Source: Escherichia phage P1
Sequence record: NC_005856.1
DNA length: 64,000 nucleotides
Direction: 5' to 3' (one strand)
Shown: one piece after another, positions 10,469 to 23,338 of the stretch
How the letters are laid out: every line of letters begins with the position of its first letter
How positions within the stretch are numbered: the first letter of the stretch is position 1
Notes under the pieces: model-generated
Seen by the model: the letters and a program-made list of their open reading frames with translations, nothing else
Database searches by the model: none
What the model was told of the DNA's origin: nothing
Made by a program: the position numbers and the translations under genes

Positions 10469-13400
10469 TTATGCGTATTGTTGGATGACGGCCAGAACGT
10501 CCGCCACGTTGTGTTTTGTCTCGATAATCCACCAGTTACCCGGGAAATCGCTGTTCTTCGCCTTCGCTGGCAGCCAGCGAGCGCCGAATTTCGTCTTGAT
10601 TGCGTCTTTCGCACGGAAAAGAACGCCTTTCATGCCTGAGGCTTCCTGAAGCCCAAATACCTCGCCAGCGGCGAATTTTGGTGCGTACATCATCTTCAGG
10701 TCGGCGGTGGATACGCGATAATTCAGACCAAGAGACTGAGCTATGCTGGTGGCATCACCCTGTATTGATGATAACTCTTCTTGTTTCTCGTTTCTGGCGG
10801 CAATTTCTTCCTCCGTGATGTTGCCAAGGGCCAGGTTTATCCGATCAGCGTCGGCCTGTTTCTCTTCATCGGTGCGCCCGGCAAGAACCGTGTTAATTCT
10901 CTGCAATATCTCCACATGATTCTTGCGCATGCTGAGCAATTCCGGCGTAACCTCGTTAAGATCCACCAGCCCAAGGATGGCAAGGTCGGAAAACATTGAT
11001 ACCAGGTTGTAGGTCATGCGATAGCTGAGTTGGCCATAGGCTGATGGCAACTGCACCGCATCCATTTTATAGGCATCCATAAATTTAGAGCCGTCGTTTA
11101 CGACATCCGCAATTGCCGGTGTGATTTTCCCTGTGGTGGCGGCCTCCCTGATTGCTGTTACCCACGATTGAGTCAGTGCGGCGACTGCATGATTCAGATT
11201 GGCTTCCCGTTCTGCTGCGATGCGCGCGCTTGCTGCGTCCATTGCCTGCTTGATCTCGGCTTTATTGCTGTAAATGCCAATGGTGCCAAACTGTGCTGTG
11301 GTGATCTCATAATCTGACGCCCGGAACTCATGGGTACCGAAAATGGCATTGGTGACCTCAAGTTCAGAATCCCCGTTACGAGTAGCCCCCTGGCTTGTTT
11401 TCTCCGGCATTCTGGCGATCGCATCCGCTATTTTCTCCTGAATTGCTTCAGGGGATAGCGTATCTCCATATGACGCGATTACATCGCCATAATTGGAGCC
11501 AAACAGTTCAGTCAGGAATACTTCTGCCAAACGGACCTGGCGGTTATTCCCTTCAGACATCATACCAAGCACCCATTTTGCAATTGACGACTTCAGCGCG
11601 CCGTCACGGCGATCCGGGTAAACCGCATGCTTCAGTGGGTCCGTATAGGTACCAACAAAATCAATGCTATAGCCTGACTCTGTAGTCTGAACGCCGTATG
11701 AGTCAGTGATTTTGATCATGCCGCGCTGCTGGAAACGGTAGAAATCGTCACAGGAAATGATGTCGTTAATCCCGGCGATGGAGACGCCACCACTGATTTT
11801 CTGCATAACAGCATCTTCATCGGGAGTTACATCCACCTGTTTATCCAGCGTCTTCACATCCCAGTTACCCGATTTGGTGCCTTTGAAGGTAAAGATGATC
11901 TCCACGTCTGCGCGCTGGCTGTCGAAGTCCAGCGACTTAATGCGAACGATATCACCGGCACAATCGTAGTATTGGCCTACACGCCATGAGCGATCGCCGA
12001 TAACAAGGAACTCACTCGCATGGTTAACCAGGTCAGGATCAACATCCAGAATGCCTTTATTTATTGCATCCTCCACCAGCGGGCGCAGGCGTTTGATATC
12101 CGTCGCGGCCTTCTGAGTACGGTTCAATAATTTCTCATAGGGGGAGATGGCCTGAGAGATATTAGCCTTGCGCTGAATGGCGCTTTTCAACGACGCGCGA
12201 TACTGTGCTAACAACATACGGTCTGTGTGATGGACGCTACCCCAGCGGGCTTTCCAGTCTGCGTTATCAGCTGCTTTGGCCATTACCGCCTGTTTGAATT
12301 TAGCTACCTCGGCGGTGGTCTTTTCAAGTTCCGCTTTGCTTCGCTCTAATTCAGCGGTAAGTACCTCCACATCCTCGCCAGCTGCGTGCTGCGCCTTGAT
12401 GTAGTTCTGAAGGTCGATAGTAGCCTGTTCTTTCTGGCGAGCGCGTTGCGCGGCTTTCGCCTTATCCATTTGAACCTGCATCATTGCCAGACGTTCGCCA
12501 TCATCCTTAGCGGTATACATCTGCATTTCGATCATATCGTTGGCGTCGGCGTTCTCCATTTCAGACTTATCTGAGCGGAGGATATCGGAGATCCAGCCTG
12601 CTTTACGCTTCAGCGTCTTCAGTCGGTATTCATCGAAAGAACCCTTGCCGCAGTAGTAGTGAACGCGAACGCTTGCACGGTTGGAACCAACTCGGGCACC
12701 GCGACCGTTACGCTGTGCGATACTGGCTGGTGTCCATGGCAACGTCAGATGATGGATGTCAGTCGTTCCTCGATGCAGGTTGATACCCACCTCTGCCTTT
12801 TTGTTGCAGATGATGATCGGAGTCCGGCCCTCCTGGAAGTCGGCAGCAATCTTTTCCAGCCCGCCCAGCGACATTTCATTTTGCTGCGCGATATAGGCGT
12901 CATACAGAGCCATTTGCTCGTTGTATTTCGCTATCTGTGCATCTGTTGGTTCATCCGGTAACTCTTTCGGCGGTTTAACCGCTTTCAGTTTCTTACCGGT
13001 TTTACCTGCCTCGGCAACCGTCTGAGCATTCAGGATCCCCACCTTTGAAGGTTCAAGGTTAAGAGCATTGCAGATAATGCGCTTGAGCTTCTGGTGCTGC
13101 GTTTTTTCATCGGTGAAGATGATTTGCTTACCTTCCGGGAAAAACTCCTTCAGCGTGGCGATCAGCTTCGCGTATTTTGGTGTAACGGGGTGAGTTACGG
13201 TCTGTTCGTCAATGCCAAACCTGGCCAGGCGCTTATTCACTTCCTGCTCGAACGCTTCCGGAACCTGCAACTGAATAAACTCGCCCTTATCTATCAGGGA
13301 GTATTGCGATTGCTGCGTGATTGAATCATCACTGTCGTCGTCTTCGCTGGTGGCTTGTTTAGGCAAACTGTCCGCCAGCTGCTGCACCGCATCGGCGTAC

Positions 13401-16400
13401 TCCGGCAGGAAACGATAGGTGATCCGGCGATAGTACAGGTCCATGTCAGTACATACGCGGTCCATATCCCTGATTATTGAGAAGATCGGACGGGCTTTCT
13501 CGTGCTCAATCACGCCGTCTTCATTGACCGAGGTCGTTACGCCATTGTTGGCTTTGGCTGCCGCTTCCGCCTGCTGACGCAATTCTTCATACGCCGCCAG
13601 TTGTTCTTCAGTAAGTGGCGCATCCTGCTGGTGTTCGTCCAGCTCCGGGATCTCCACGGTATCCTTAACGTCTTCCGCTGTTTTAAGCGTTGTCCAGCGA
13701 TGGAATATGCCGCGCAGCGCATCAAGGTTTTCAAAGCCCACCAGCGCCATTTTTTCTTCAACTTCACCGCTGATTTTCTGTACCGTTTCCAGCCTGGTCT
13801 TGCCGAAGAATTTAACGAAGTCATCAGGACCGTAGATCCCCATCTTCTGCCAGTATTCTTTCGGCAGAACATGAGAAAGCATGTTGTATGCATCGATCGG
13901 GGTGTTAACGACTGGCGTTGCAGTCAGGAGAACCGGTCCGCGCCCGCCATTCTTTTTCATCAGGTACGCGTTTTTGATTGCCATATCTCGCGCCGATTGC
14001 GCCACCGCGCTGGTGGGCAGATAGGCCAGCTGTGACGCTTCGCGACCATTTTTATAGCTATTGCGGTAGTTGTGGCCTTCGTCGGCGATCACGCTGTCGA
14101 AGCCCATATCCTCAAAGTACGGATACTTCTCTGCTTTTTCGGTACCGGTATCTGAATACTCCGACAATACCCGGCGACGCGCCGCCTCTTTGCGATGGGA
14201 ATCGGAATCCATTGCGCTGGCTACGCGCCCGGCGGCAACGAAGTCATAAAGCATATCCTGTGCATGCTCATCTACGGTGTCATCACGTAGCGGAATGCGG
14301 GCGTATTGTTCTTTGGTAAACACGACTGCACGGTAATTTGAGTGCGGGATCGCATTCATCCGCGCCGTGATAGTGGCTTCATCTGCCAGCTTAAGAGCAT
14401 CGCGCATAACTGGAGTGCCATCAGTACCAAGAACAGGTTTACCGTTCTCATCGAGCACCGGCACCTGGCGAATCTGATCGCCATCCATCAGCACATCAAG
14501 ACCGACGAACAGGTAGTTACTGAATGCCTCTTCACTCAGGAACTCTTTTGCTTCGTAATACCAGTTTTCCAGCACTGATTTAGGCACTACATAAGCAGTA
14601 CGGGTGGAGCGACCGTTCTCATAGTTGAACGCCTCAAGCGCCAGCGCGGTCGTGGTTTTACCCAGCCCGGTGCCGAAGCCCAGGATGCCGCGCCCATCTT
14701 CGGACAGTCGGCGCACCTCGCTATTCTGGTAATCAAATGGCTGGCGCTTACCGCTTAATCCCTTCAACCCAAGCGGATCGCCAGAGTGTTCATACGGGAT
14801 ATTGCTATTGAACACATCGTTGTATTTGGCAACCAGCTCATCGTAGCGATCGTGCGTCTTGATCCACTTATTGAACTGGTCCTCAAGCAGTGCCATCTGC
14901 TCGCGGTAGCCGTTCGCCGTCGCGCTATCTTTGCCACCGATACGCGCACCATTGAGATACTTTTCCAGCTGTGCCGGGAACCCGGTCGCGTTTTCACCTG
15001 ATTTACGGTCCCACTCGTAGCGGATCTCGCCTGTTTCTTTATCCTTGCGCTGGACGACACCGTATCGGTGCCCGACGAACAGACCATCACCACCGTGATA
15101 GGTGTCAGAAACCATTTCGTCGCCTTCCAGCTGCACTGACTGCACATAGCGCAGATCCGGATAGCCGTTTTCCTGCAAAAATTCCAGAATGACGGAACGG
15201 TCGAACCAACGGCTATTGAGCTTAAACCGGATATTCTCTGCTGGCGTCTTGATGCGCTTCTCTTCGATCGCTGCCAGCTGATTAAGGACGTTGTTCTTTA
15301 CTGGACCGTCGGTGAGCGTGGCGAGGAATTCCTGTTTTGGAGCCACTATCTCGTTAATGTCGCCGCTGGTGGCGCGGGCGAACGGAACAATCCCGCCATA
15401 CGGTGAAACCGCAATGCCAGGGGTGCTGGCCAATAAATTAAGCAACTCGTCATCACTGGCTGGCAGTTCGCCGGTAAACGCAAGGCGGAAATCATCGAGC
15501 TGGATTGGATCGCGAGTGAGATCACTGTAGAGATAACGCAGGGTGTCCTGATAGCTGGTGGAGTCATAACTGGCGCTGGAATCATGCGTAACCAGTTTTC
15601 CTGTCAGCTCGTCAGAAATAGTGCCATCCAGCTTAATTGCACCACGGAAAGCAAACCAGGCGCGCGCACCGCTTCCCGATAATTTAGCTATCGGACCGCG
15701 ACCGGGGTTACCAAAACGGTCAATCTCTGCCTGCAAACGGGATACCAGAGAAAGGCGCTGCTGTTCGATTTGTTCAGCACTATGCCCGGCGGCCTTCATA
15801 TCCTGATATTCAATTAACATCCGGCCAATCATCGCCCCGCGATACAAGCGTTCACGGTATTTTTCAGGCTGGCTGTTAATCCAGTCCACCAGCTGCACCA
15901 TATCGTCGCTGATTGATGTGGTGTACTTATCGCGGACATTTGCCATCTGGGTAAATGTCATACCGAGACGGCCTTCTGTTGTAGTCAGGTTACGCTGAAG
16001 AGCCTCCCAGCTGTCCGCGCCATAACTGGCAACATCAATCTTCAGCTCCTTCCCGGCATCAGATTCAATCCAGCGACCACCAGCATATTTTTGCCATACG
16101 CCATTAATCAGGCGCATTTCCCCTTCATCAACAACATCTGCGGTCGGTGACGGTTCAGCCATATCGAGCAAATACCAGTCGATACGGCTTTCGAAACAAT
16201 GAATCAGCTTCGCTTTAAGAGCCTGGTTATCAATCTGACCGTCGGCACGAACCTCAATACGCCCCTGGAAGCCCTTTTCCTGGGTGCCATGAACAAACCG
16301 GCGGCCGTCCTTTTCAAACCACTTGCCAGAAATAAACGTTGGCCAAAGCACATTTGCCGATTCGAGAGTGCTTTCATGCACCAGGGGGATTTTCTCAGCC

Positions 16401-17236
16401 ATCTCTGCCGGATGTTTGCGCATCAGCACCACATCAACGACTGTACTGGTCCCGTTTGCGTCAAAAGTACCGGTAGGCAAGCGGTGAGCGCCAAGAAATT
16501 CAGCTTTACGGGATAAGCGCAGGCGTAACCGCTTCATGTTTGAACCTGAAACAATGGACGGCGGCACAATCACACACATGAATCCGCCAGGTTTTATCTT
16601 GTCCAGCATGCGGAGCATGAAGTAAGACCCCATGTCCGTTTCTTCTGCGTAAGGCTTATCGATGTTGCGTGTGTTATCACGACCGCCGAACGGAACGTTA
16701 CCCACAACATGGTCGAATGAATCGTTAGGCGTGCTTACAGCCAGTTGTTCGAACGGGGAAATCTGTACGCTGTCTTCCGGATGTAACAGCTGGTTTATAC
16801 GACCGGAAACACTGCTGATCTCAGTCGCGGTCATCACCGTACCAACCGGTTTTGTCTCATTAAAAACGCCGGTGCCCGCCGATGGTTCCAGAGTGTTACC
16901 TACGTCCGCGCCGTAGAGCTTCATGATCTCCCAGACACCTTCAGCGATCGGCTTTGGTGTGTAATATTCGGAGACGGACCCGCCAATGCCGCCTTCACCG
17001 GTGTACCCAGCCAGGATCTGGCGCTGTTCATCTGTCAGTGTCGCGCCGTCCACCAGCGAATTAAGCAAATCTATCGCCTTCTGATTCGCCTCCCGGCGCA
17101 GTCGGTCATAGCTTTTGCCTTCCACCTTTTCCACGCCGTATTTAATCGGCGCTCGGTGAGATGTTATTGCCCTAATGTATTTCAATATTTCGCTGACACT
17201 TGAACAGCGAAACACCCCCATAGATAGCTTGTTCAT
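10469..17236 (-). CDS. darB: DarB antirestriction protein, 2255 aa (N6-adenine methyltransferase-like N-terminal domain fused to DExH helicase)
   Basis: Giant ORF; N-terminal region has MTase-like motifs (GNVPFGG, SAGTGVF); central region has helicase motifs (GFGTGLGKTT Walker A, VIADEGHNYRN DExH box); size matches P1 DarB. Confidence 0.9.
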   Translation of the reverse strand: MNKLSMGVFRCSSVSEILKYIRAITSHRAPIKYGVEKVEGKSYDRLRREANQKAIDLLNSLVDGATLTDEQRQILAGYTGEGGIGGSVSEYYTPKPIAEGVWEIMKLYGADVGNTLEPSAGTGVFNETKPVGTVMTATEISSVSGRINQLLHPEDSVQISPFEQLAVSTPNDSFDHVVGNVPFGGRDNTRNIDKPYAEETDMGSYFMLRMLDKIKPGGFMCVIVPPSIVSGSNMKRLRLRLSRKAEFLGAHRLPTGTFDANGTSTVVDVVLMRKHPAEMAEKIPLVHESTLESANVLWPTFISGKWFEKDGRRFVHGTQEKGFQGRIEVRADGQIDNQALKAKLIHCFESRIDWYLLDMAEPSPTADVVDEGEMRLINGVWQKYAGGRWIESDAGKELKIDVASYGADSWEALQRNLTTTEGRLGMTFTQMANVRDKYTTSISDDMVQLVDWINSQPEKYRERLYRGAMIGRMLIEYQDMKAAGHSAEQIEQQRLSLVSRLQAEIDRFGNPGRGPIAKLSGSGARAWFAFRGAIKLDGTISDELTGKLVTHDSSASYDSTSYQDTLRYLYSDLTRDPIQLDDFRLAFTGELPASDDELLNLLASTPGIAVSPYGGIVPFARATSGDINEIVAPKQEFLATLTDGPVKNNVLNQLAAIEEKRIKTPAENIRFKLNSRWFDRSVILEFLQENGYPDLRYVQSVQLEGDEMVSDTYHGGDGLFVGHRYGVVQRKDKETGEIRYEWDRKSGENATGFPAQLEKYLNGARIGGKDSATANGYREQMALLEDQFNKWIKTHDRYDELVAKYNDVFNSNIPYEHSGDPLGLKGLSGKRQPFDYQNSEVRRLSEDGRGILGFGTGLGKTTTALALEAFNYENGRSTRTAYVVPKSVLENWYYEAKEFLSEEAFSNYLFVGLDVLMDGDQIRQVPVLDENGKPVLGTDGTPVMRDALKLADEATITARMNAIPHSNYRAVVFTKEQYARIPLRDDTVDEHAQDMLYDFVAAGRVASAMDSDSHRKEAARRRVLSEYSDTGTEKAEKYPYFEDMGFDSVIADEGHNYRNSYKNGREASQLAYLPTSAVAQSARDMAIKNAYLMKKNGGRGPVLLTATPVVNTPIDAYNMLSHVLPKEYWQKMGIYGPDDFVKFFGKTRLETVQKISGEVEEKMALVGFENLDALRGIFHRWTTLKTAEDVKDTVEIPELDEHQQDAPLTEEQLAAYEELRQQAEAAAKANNGVTTSVNEDGVIEHEKARPIFSIIRDMDRVCTDMDLYYRRITYRFLPEYADAVQQLADSLPKQATSEDDDSDDSITQQSQYSLIDKGEFIQLQVPEAFEQEVNKRLARFGIDEQTVTHPVTPKYAKLIATLKEFFPEGKQIIFTDEKTQHQKLKRIICNALNLEPSKVGILNAQTVAEAGKTGKKLKAVKPPKELPDEPTDAQIAKYNEQMALYDAYIAQQNEMSLGGLEKIAADFQEGRTPIIICNKKAEVGINLHRGTTDIHHLTLPWTPASIAQRNGRGARVGSNRASVRVHYYCGKGSFDEYRLKTLKRKAGWISDILRSDKSEMENADANDMIEMQMYTAKDDGERLAMMQVQMDKAKAAQRARQKEQATIDLQNYIKAQHAAGEDVEVLTAELERSKAELEKTTAEVAKFKQAVMAKAADNADWKARWGSVHHTDRMLLAQYRASLKSAIQRKANISQAISPYEKLLNRTQKAATDIKRLRPLVEDAINKGILDVDPDLVNHASEFLVIGDRSWRVGQYYDCAGDIVRIKSLDFDSQRADVEIIFTFKGTKSGNWDVKTLDKQVDVTPDEDAVMQKISGGVSIAGINDIISCDDFYRFQQRGMIKITDSYGVQTTESGYSIDFVGTYTDPLKHAVYPDRRDGALKSSIAKWVLGMMSEGNNRQVRLAEVFLTELFGSNYGDVIASYGDTLSPEAIQEKIADAIARMPEKTSQGATRNGDSELEVTNAIFGTHEFRASDYEITTAQFGTIGIYSNKAEIKQAMDAASARIAAEREANLNHAVAALTQSWVTAIREAATTGKITPAIADVVNDGSKFMDAYKMDAVQLPSAYGQLSYRMTYNLVSMFSDLAILGLVDLNEVTPELLSMRKNHVEILQRINTVLAGRTDEEKQADADRINLALGNITEEEIAARNEKQEELSSIQGDATSIAQSLGLNYRVSTADLKMMYAPKFAAGEVFGLQEASGMKGVLFRAKDAIKTKFGARWLPAKAKNSDFPGNWWIIETKHNVADVLAVIQQYA

Positions 17237-17247
17237 TGGTAATCCTT

Positions 17248-17269
17248 AACAAGTGACTAGTGTTAAATT
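17248..17269 (+). promoter_or_regulatory. Late promoter upstream of prt: AACAAGTGACT (-22 element) N5 TAAATT (-10)
   Basis: Motif shared with sites upstream of pmgC, gene 23, mat and lyz; P1 late promoters are reported to have conserved -22 and -10 elements and depend on the Lpa activator (established knowledge). Confidence 0.55.
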
Positions 17270-17302
17270 CCGTTCAAACACGATGTGAATTATTCTAATT
17301 AA

Positions 17303-20033
<2,731 letters not shown>

Positions 20034-20046
20034 CCACCAAAAATAA

Positions 20047-20072
20047 CCCCGGCAGCTGCCGGGGTTCTCGTT
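20047..20072 (+). terminator. Intrinsic terminator downstream of pro
   Basis: Hairpin CCCCGGCAGCTGCCGGGG (20047-20064) followed by TTCTCGTT. Confidence 0.6.
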
Positions 20073-20077
20073 AACTA

Positions 20078-20332
20078 TTATCGCCTTCGCCTGCGTGCCA
20101 TATATTTGCGCACCGCGCGGCGTGGACAATCTGAAGCGGTTTCTTTCTGCTGCATCAATCTTGCAGCCATGCTCAAAAATGTCAGGCACAGCCGAAGCCC
20201 TGCATACAATAGCGGTTCCAGTGGCCACGTCTCATTGAGCACATATACCGCCATGAAAATCGAGTCGAAAACTATCGCCGCCAGCGATAACTTCATTGTC
20301 GAAAGTCGGCGGAGCTGCCGGAGTTTATTCAT
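20078..20332 (-). CDS. Putative small membrane protein encoded immediately downstream of, and overlapping, lyz (84 aa)
   Basis: ATG at 20332 overlaps the lyz stop (20325-20327) by 8 nt in another frame; two hydrophobic segments (LSLAAIVFDSIFMAVYVL and LLYAGLRLCLTFLSMAA); Arg-rich C-terminus. Confidence 0.35.
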   Translation of the reverse strand: MNKLRQLRRLSTMKLSLAAIVFDSIFMAVYVLNETWPLEPLLYAGLRLCLTFLSMAARLMQQKETASDCPRRAVRKYMARRRRR

Positions 20333-20882
20333 TGACCAGTCCCGTCAGGCAAAGCTGGCGTTCTTTTTCACGGCGAATCTTTAAACCTCGCAGGGGCACG
20401 CCGTTACTGTTCACGAAATCAGGGAGATGGTTACACATATTCACCCATTCCCCTTTCTGCGCCCACTTGTGGATGGACGTTTCGACTCGCATGCCTCGCG
20501 CTTTGCTGTAGTAGGTCCGTAAGCTATTGCATCCCATATTGAATGCCGCGCTTGTCATTGCGCTGAAGGCATTATCGGGCATGTCTTTGCCCCGGAAGTG
20601 CTGATTAATACAGCGTTCAGCGATCAGGATATTCTTTTCCCAATCAGCGGCGATTTGCTGGTCGGTTTTTCGCACACCCGGCGTTACCCCGTGTGTATTA
20701 CCGATCCCGTCAGTCCATACCCCCGCCGGGCACATGTATGGATCACGTCGGCAACCTTCAGCGTTACCAATCAGCTCAAGCCCCGCCTGGTTGGTTCGCA
20801 CATTGCCATTACCCATTACGATGGTAATCATCACCGCGATAGCGCAAATTGCACCGCCTCCTGCGGCTGTTTTTCCCTTCAT
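20325..20882 (-). CDS. lyz: Lyz endolysin (lysozyme with N-terminal signal-arrest-release domain), 185 aa
   Basis: Protein MKGKTAAGGGAICAIAVMITIVMGNGNVRTNQAGLELIGNAEGCRRDPYMCPAGVWTDGIGNTHG... has T4-lysozyme-like catalytic signature after a weakly hydrophobic Gly/Ala-rich N-terminal helix. Confidence 0.9.
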   Translation of the reverse strand: MKGKTAAGGGAICAIAVMITIVMGNGNVRTNQAGLELIGNAEGCRRDPYMCPAGVWTDGIGNTHGVTPGVRKTDQQIAADWEKNILIAERCINQHFRGKDMPDNAFSAMTSAAFNMGCNSLRTYYSKARGMRVETSIHKWAQKGEWVNMCNHLPDFVNSNGVPLRGLKIRREKERQLCLTGLVNE

Positions 20883-20968
20883 AAAGACCTCATAAGCGAA
20901 TTTTTACGCTCCAGGACAAACACCCATTCACAGCCAATACCGACTGACTCGATCCCTTTAGAAGACAC

Positions 20969-20990
20969 AGGATAATGCAAATCACTTGTT
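20969..20990 (-). promoter_or_regulatory. Late-promoter-like element upstream of lyz (AACAAGTGATT N5 TATCCT on the minus strand)
   Basis: 10/11 match to the -22 element; weaker -10; about 90 bp upstream of the lyz start. Confidence 0.35.
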
Positions 20991-21014
20991 AGCTACGTTT
21001 CAAAGATATACATT

Positions 21015-21031
21015 ATTGCTCTAATTAATTT
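21015..21031. promoter_or_regulatory. C1 operator (ATTGCTCTAATTAATTT) upstream of ssb
   Basis: 16/17 match to ATTGCTCTAATAAATTT; 20 bp upstream of the ssb GTG start. Confidence 0.65.
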
Positions 21032-21050
21032 ATTTTATTAGGTAAGATAA

Positions 21051-21539
21051 GTGGCACAACGCGGTGTAAACAAAGTCATCCTGATTGGTACCCTGGGGCA
21101 AGACCCGGAGATCAGGTATATACCAAATGGCGGCGCGGTCGGAAGACTCAGCATCGCAACGAATGAATCATGGCGCGACAAGCAAACGGGCCAACAGAAA
21201 GAGCAAACAGAATGGCATAAAGTCGTTTTGTTCGGAAAACTTGCTGAAATTGCGAGTGAGTATTTACGAAAAGGTTCTCAGGTCTACATCGAAGGGAAAC
21301 TTAAAACCCGTAAGTGGACAGATGACGCCGGTGTAGAACGTTACACGACGGAAATTATCGTCAGCCAGGGCGGCACCATGCAAATGATCGGCGCTCGCCG
21401 TGACGATTCACAGTCCTCAAATGGCTGGGGGCAATCAAACCAACCTCAAAACCACCAGCAATACAGTGGTGGCGGTAAACCTCAGAGCAACGCTAATAAC
21501 GAACCCCCAATGGACTTTGACGACGATATTCCGTTTTGA
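21051..21539 (+). CDS. ssb: Single-stranded DNA-binding protein (162 aa, GTG start)
   Basis: Protein [91 protein letters not shown]... with acidic C-terminal tail DFDDDIPF, closely resembling E. coli SSB. Confidence 0.95.
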   Translation: MAQRGVNKVILIGTLGQDPEIRYIPNGGAVGRLSIATNESWRDKQTGQQKEQTEWHKVVLFGKLAEIASEYLRKGSQVYIEGKLKTRKWTDDAGVERYTTEIIVSQGGTMQMIGARRDDSQSSNGWGQSNQPQNHQQYSGGGKPQSNANNEPPMDFDDDIPF

Positions 21540-21736
21540 ATGTGTAAAAAACGACTGAAAGAAAAGCGGTGGTCCAGACGCCGACAAAAGCACGAACTCG
21601 CAAACAAACGCCAAAGTTGGCAATGGCACGCGCTTTTCACGAAAAGAACACCCCGAGATATTGCTTTCGCTGGTGGGAAAACATTCCTGACCCACCTGAA
21701 GGCGCAATACATCAGTTTTTAAGCAGAGAAAAGACT

Positions 21737-22531
21737 ATGACAGCACAAAATACTAAAACCATTCAATACCGCCTACGTAATGGCCAGAGTGTCGAAGTGA
21801 CCATCAATAATGATGGAGTGCCAGGCGAAAAGGTTTCTATCTCCGATCTGGCTATCGAAAAAACCATCATGTGCCACCTTGGCTTTACTGAAGAAGTGAG
21901 CAAAAAGCATGGTGTAGCTATCTGGCGCACAATGGATACTGGAATGCGCAGATTCATTACTGCTCGTACCCCTGGTATGACCATGATGGACCTCATGCAG
22001 ATTGCGCCGCTGTTTGAGTGTGAACCTTTGGATGTATTCAGCAATCCAGCTATCTGCCAGCAGTTATATGGTGAGATGAAACTCGCGGTTACCCCCATTG
22101 TGCTGCATGAAGGATCGCTTGCTGGCGTATGGAAAGTAGAGCGAATTTCAAGCTACATGCCCTTCCACTTCCATGTCAACGGCGTAATCACTGGTGAAAA
22201 TCAACCTGTTTCCGTTACAAAGTCAGACCTCAAGCGCGCAATTCTTGAAGCAAGTTGTCGAGTTATCGGCCTGGGCAAACAGTCTTATGTTTGCTTCCCC
22301 GCAGGCCCAGAAGGCCCGGCTGAAATACTGACGATGGATGCCGATCTGCTCTGGCAAATAGAGTTTATGATTGGGAAAAGCATCATCCGAGCTGAAGAAC
22401 TCGATCAGTACATTACCTGCACGATGACGGATGAAGTCAAAAGTGTGGCTATAGCCAATGCCAGGAACCTGTGTCGTACTGCATTGGCAGAGCTGCAAGA
22501 AAACACCACGGAAGAGGTGGAAAGTGATTAA
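21737..22531 (+). CDS. isaB: Hypothetical protein flanking IS1 (264 aa from ATG 21737; longest ORF from GTG 21569)
   Basis: ORF ending 85 bp before the IS1 target duplication; the N-terminal 56 codons of the longest ORF are Arg/Lys-rich and look non-coding; name by position from memory. Confidence 0.45.
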   Translation: MTAQNTKTIQYRLRNGQSVEVTINNDGVPGEKVSISDLAIEKTIMCHLGFTEEVSKKHGVAIWRTMDTGMRRFITARTPGMTMMDLMQIAPLFECEPLDVFSNPAICQQLYGEMKLAVTPIVLHEGSLAGVWKVERISSYMPFHFHVNGVITGENQPVSVTKSDLKRAILEASCRVIGLGKQSYVCFPAGPEGPAEILTMDADLLWQIEFMIGKSIIRAEELDQYITCTMTDEVKSVAIANARNLCRTALAELQENTTEEVESD

Positions 22532-22640
22532 TTTTTACTAGAATAAAAAGGGGTGCCAGAGAGCACCCTGATAATACGAAATTAAAGGGAAATAAATTAC
22601 ATGAAGTGTAATTCTTTGCCCTCTGGGTAATGACTCAAAC

Positions 22641-23144
22641 TTATTGATAGTGTTTTATGTTCAGATAATGCCCGATGACTTTGTCATGCAGCTCCACCGA
22701 TTTTGAGAACGACAGCGACTTCCGTCCCAGCCGTGCCAGGTGCTGCCTCAGATTCAGGTTATGCCGCTCAATTCGCTGCGTATATCGCTTGCTGATTACG
22801 TGCAGCTTTCCCTTCAGGCGGGATTCATACAGCGGCCAGCCATCCGTCATCCATATCACCACGTCAAAGGGTGACAGCAGGCTCATAAGACGCCCCAGCG
22901 TCGCCATCGTGCGTTCACCGAATACGTGCGCAACAACCGTCTTCCGGAGCCTGTCATACGCGTAAAACAGCCAGCGCTGGCGCGATTTAGCCCCGACGTA
23001 TCCCCACTGTTCGTCCATTTCCGCGCAGACGATGACGTCACTGCCCGGCTGTATGCGCGAGGTTACCGACTGCGGCCTGAGTTTTTTAAATGGCGGAAAA
23101 TCGTGTTGAGGCCAACGCCCATAATGCGGGCGGTTGCCCGGCAT
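22641..23144 (-). CDS. insB: IS1 InsB (transposase C-terminal frame, expressed as InsAB' fusion by frameshifting)
   Basis: Protein [64 protein letters not shown]... is recognisably IS1 InsB. Confidence 0.9.
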   Translation of the reverse strand: MPGNRPHYGRWPQHDFPPFKKLRPQSVTSRIQPGSDVIVCAEMDEQWGYVGAKSRQRWLFYAYDRLRKTVVAHVFGERTMATLGRLMSLLSPFDVVIWMTDGWPLYESRLKGKLHVISKRYTQRIERHNLNLRQHLARLGRKSLSFSKSVELHDKVIGHYLNIKHYQ

Positions 23145-23338
23145 CCAACGCCATTCATGGCCATATCAATGATTTTCTGGTGCGTACCGGGTTGAGAAGC
23201 GGTGTAAGTGAACTGCAGTTGCCATGTTTTACGGCAGTGAGAGCAGAGATAGCGCTGATGTCCGGCGGTGCTTTTGCCGTTACGCACCACCCCGTCAGTA
23301 GCTGAACAGGAGGGACAGCTGATAGAAACAGAAGCCAC
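23063..23338 (-). CDS. insA: IS1 InsA (91 aa)
   Basis: Protein [91 protein letters not shown]. Confidence 0.9.
   Translation of the reverse strand: MASVSISCPSCSATDGVVRNGKSTAGHQRYLCSHCRKTWQLQFTYTASQPGTHQKIIDMAMNGVGCRATARIMGVGLNTIFRHLKNSGRSR

Noticed and set aside
10600-16916. Numerous 60-180-aa plus-strand ORFs inside darB (for example 13502-14035, 13978-14319, 16199-16516)
   Set aside because: All are embedded antisense in a single 6.8 kb coding sequence with conserved MTase/helicase motifs; chance open frames typical of a long GC-balanced gene.
21569-21736. N-terminal extension of the isaB-like ORF from GTG 21569
   Set aside because: The first 56 codons are Arg/Lys-rich with no start context and overlap the ssb 3' flank; the ATG at 21737 is the more plausible start, though this is not certain.
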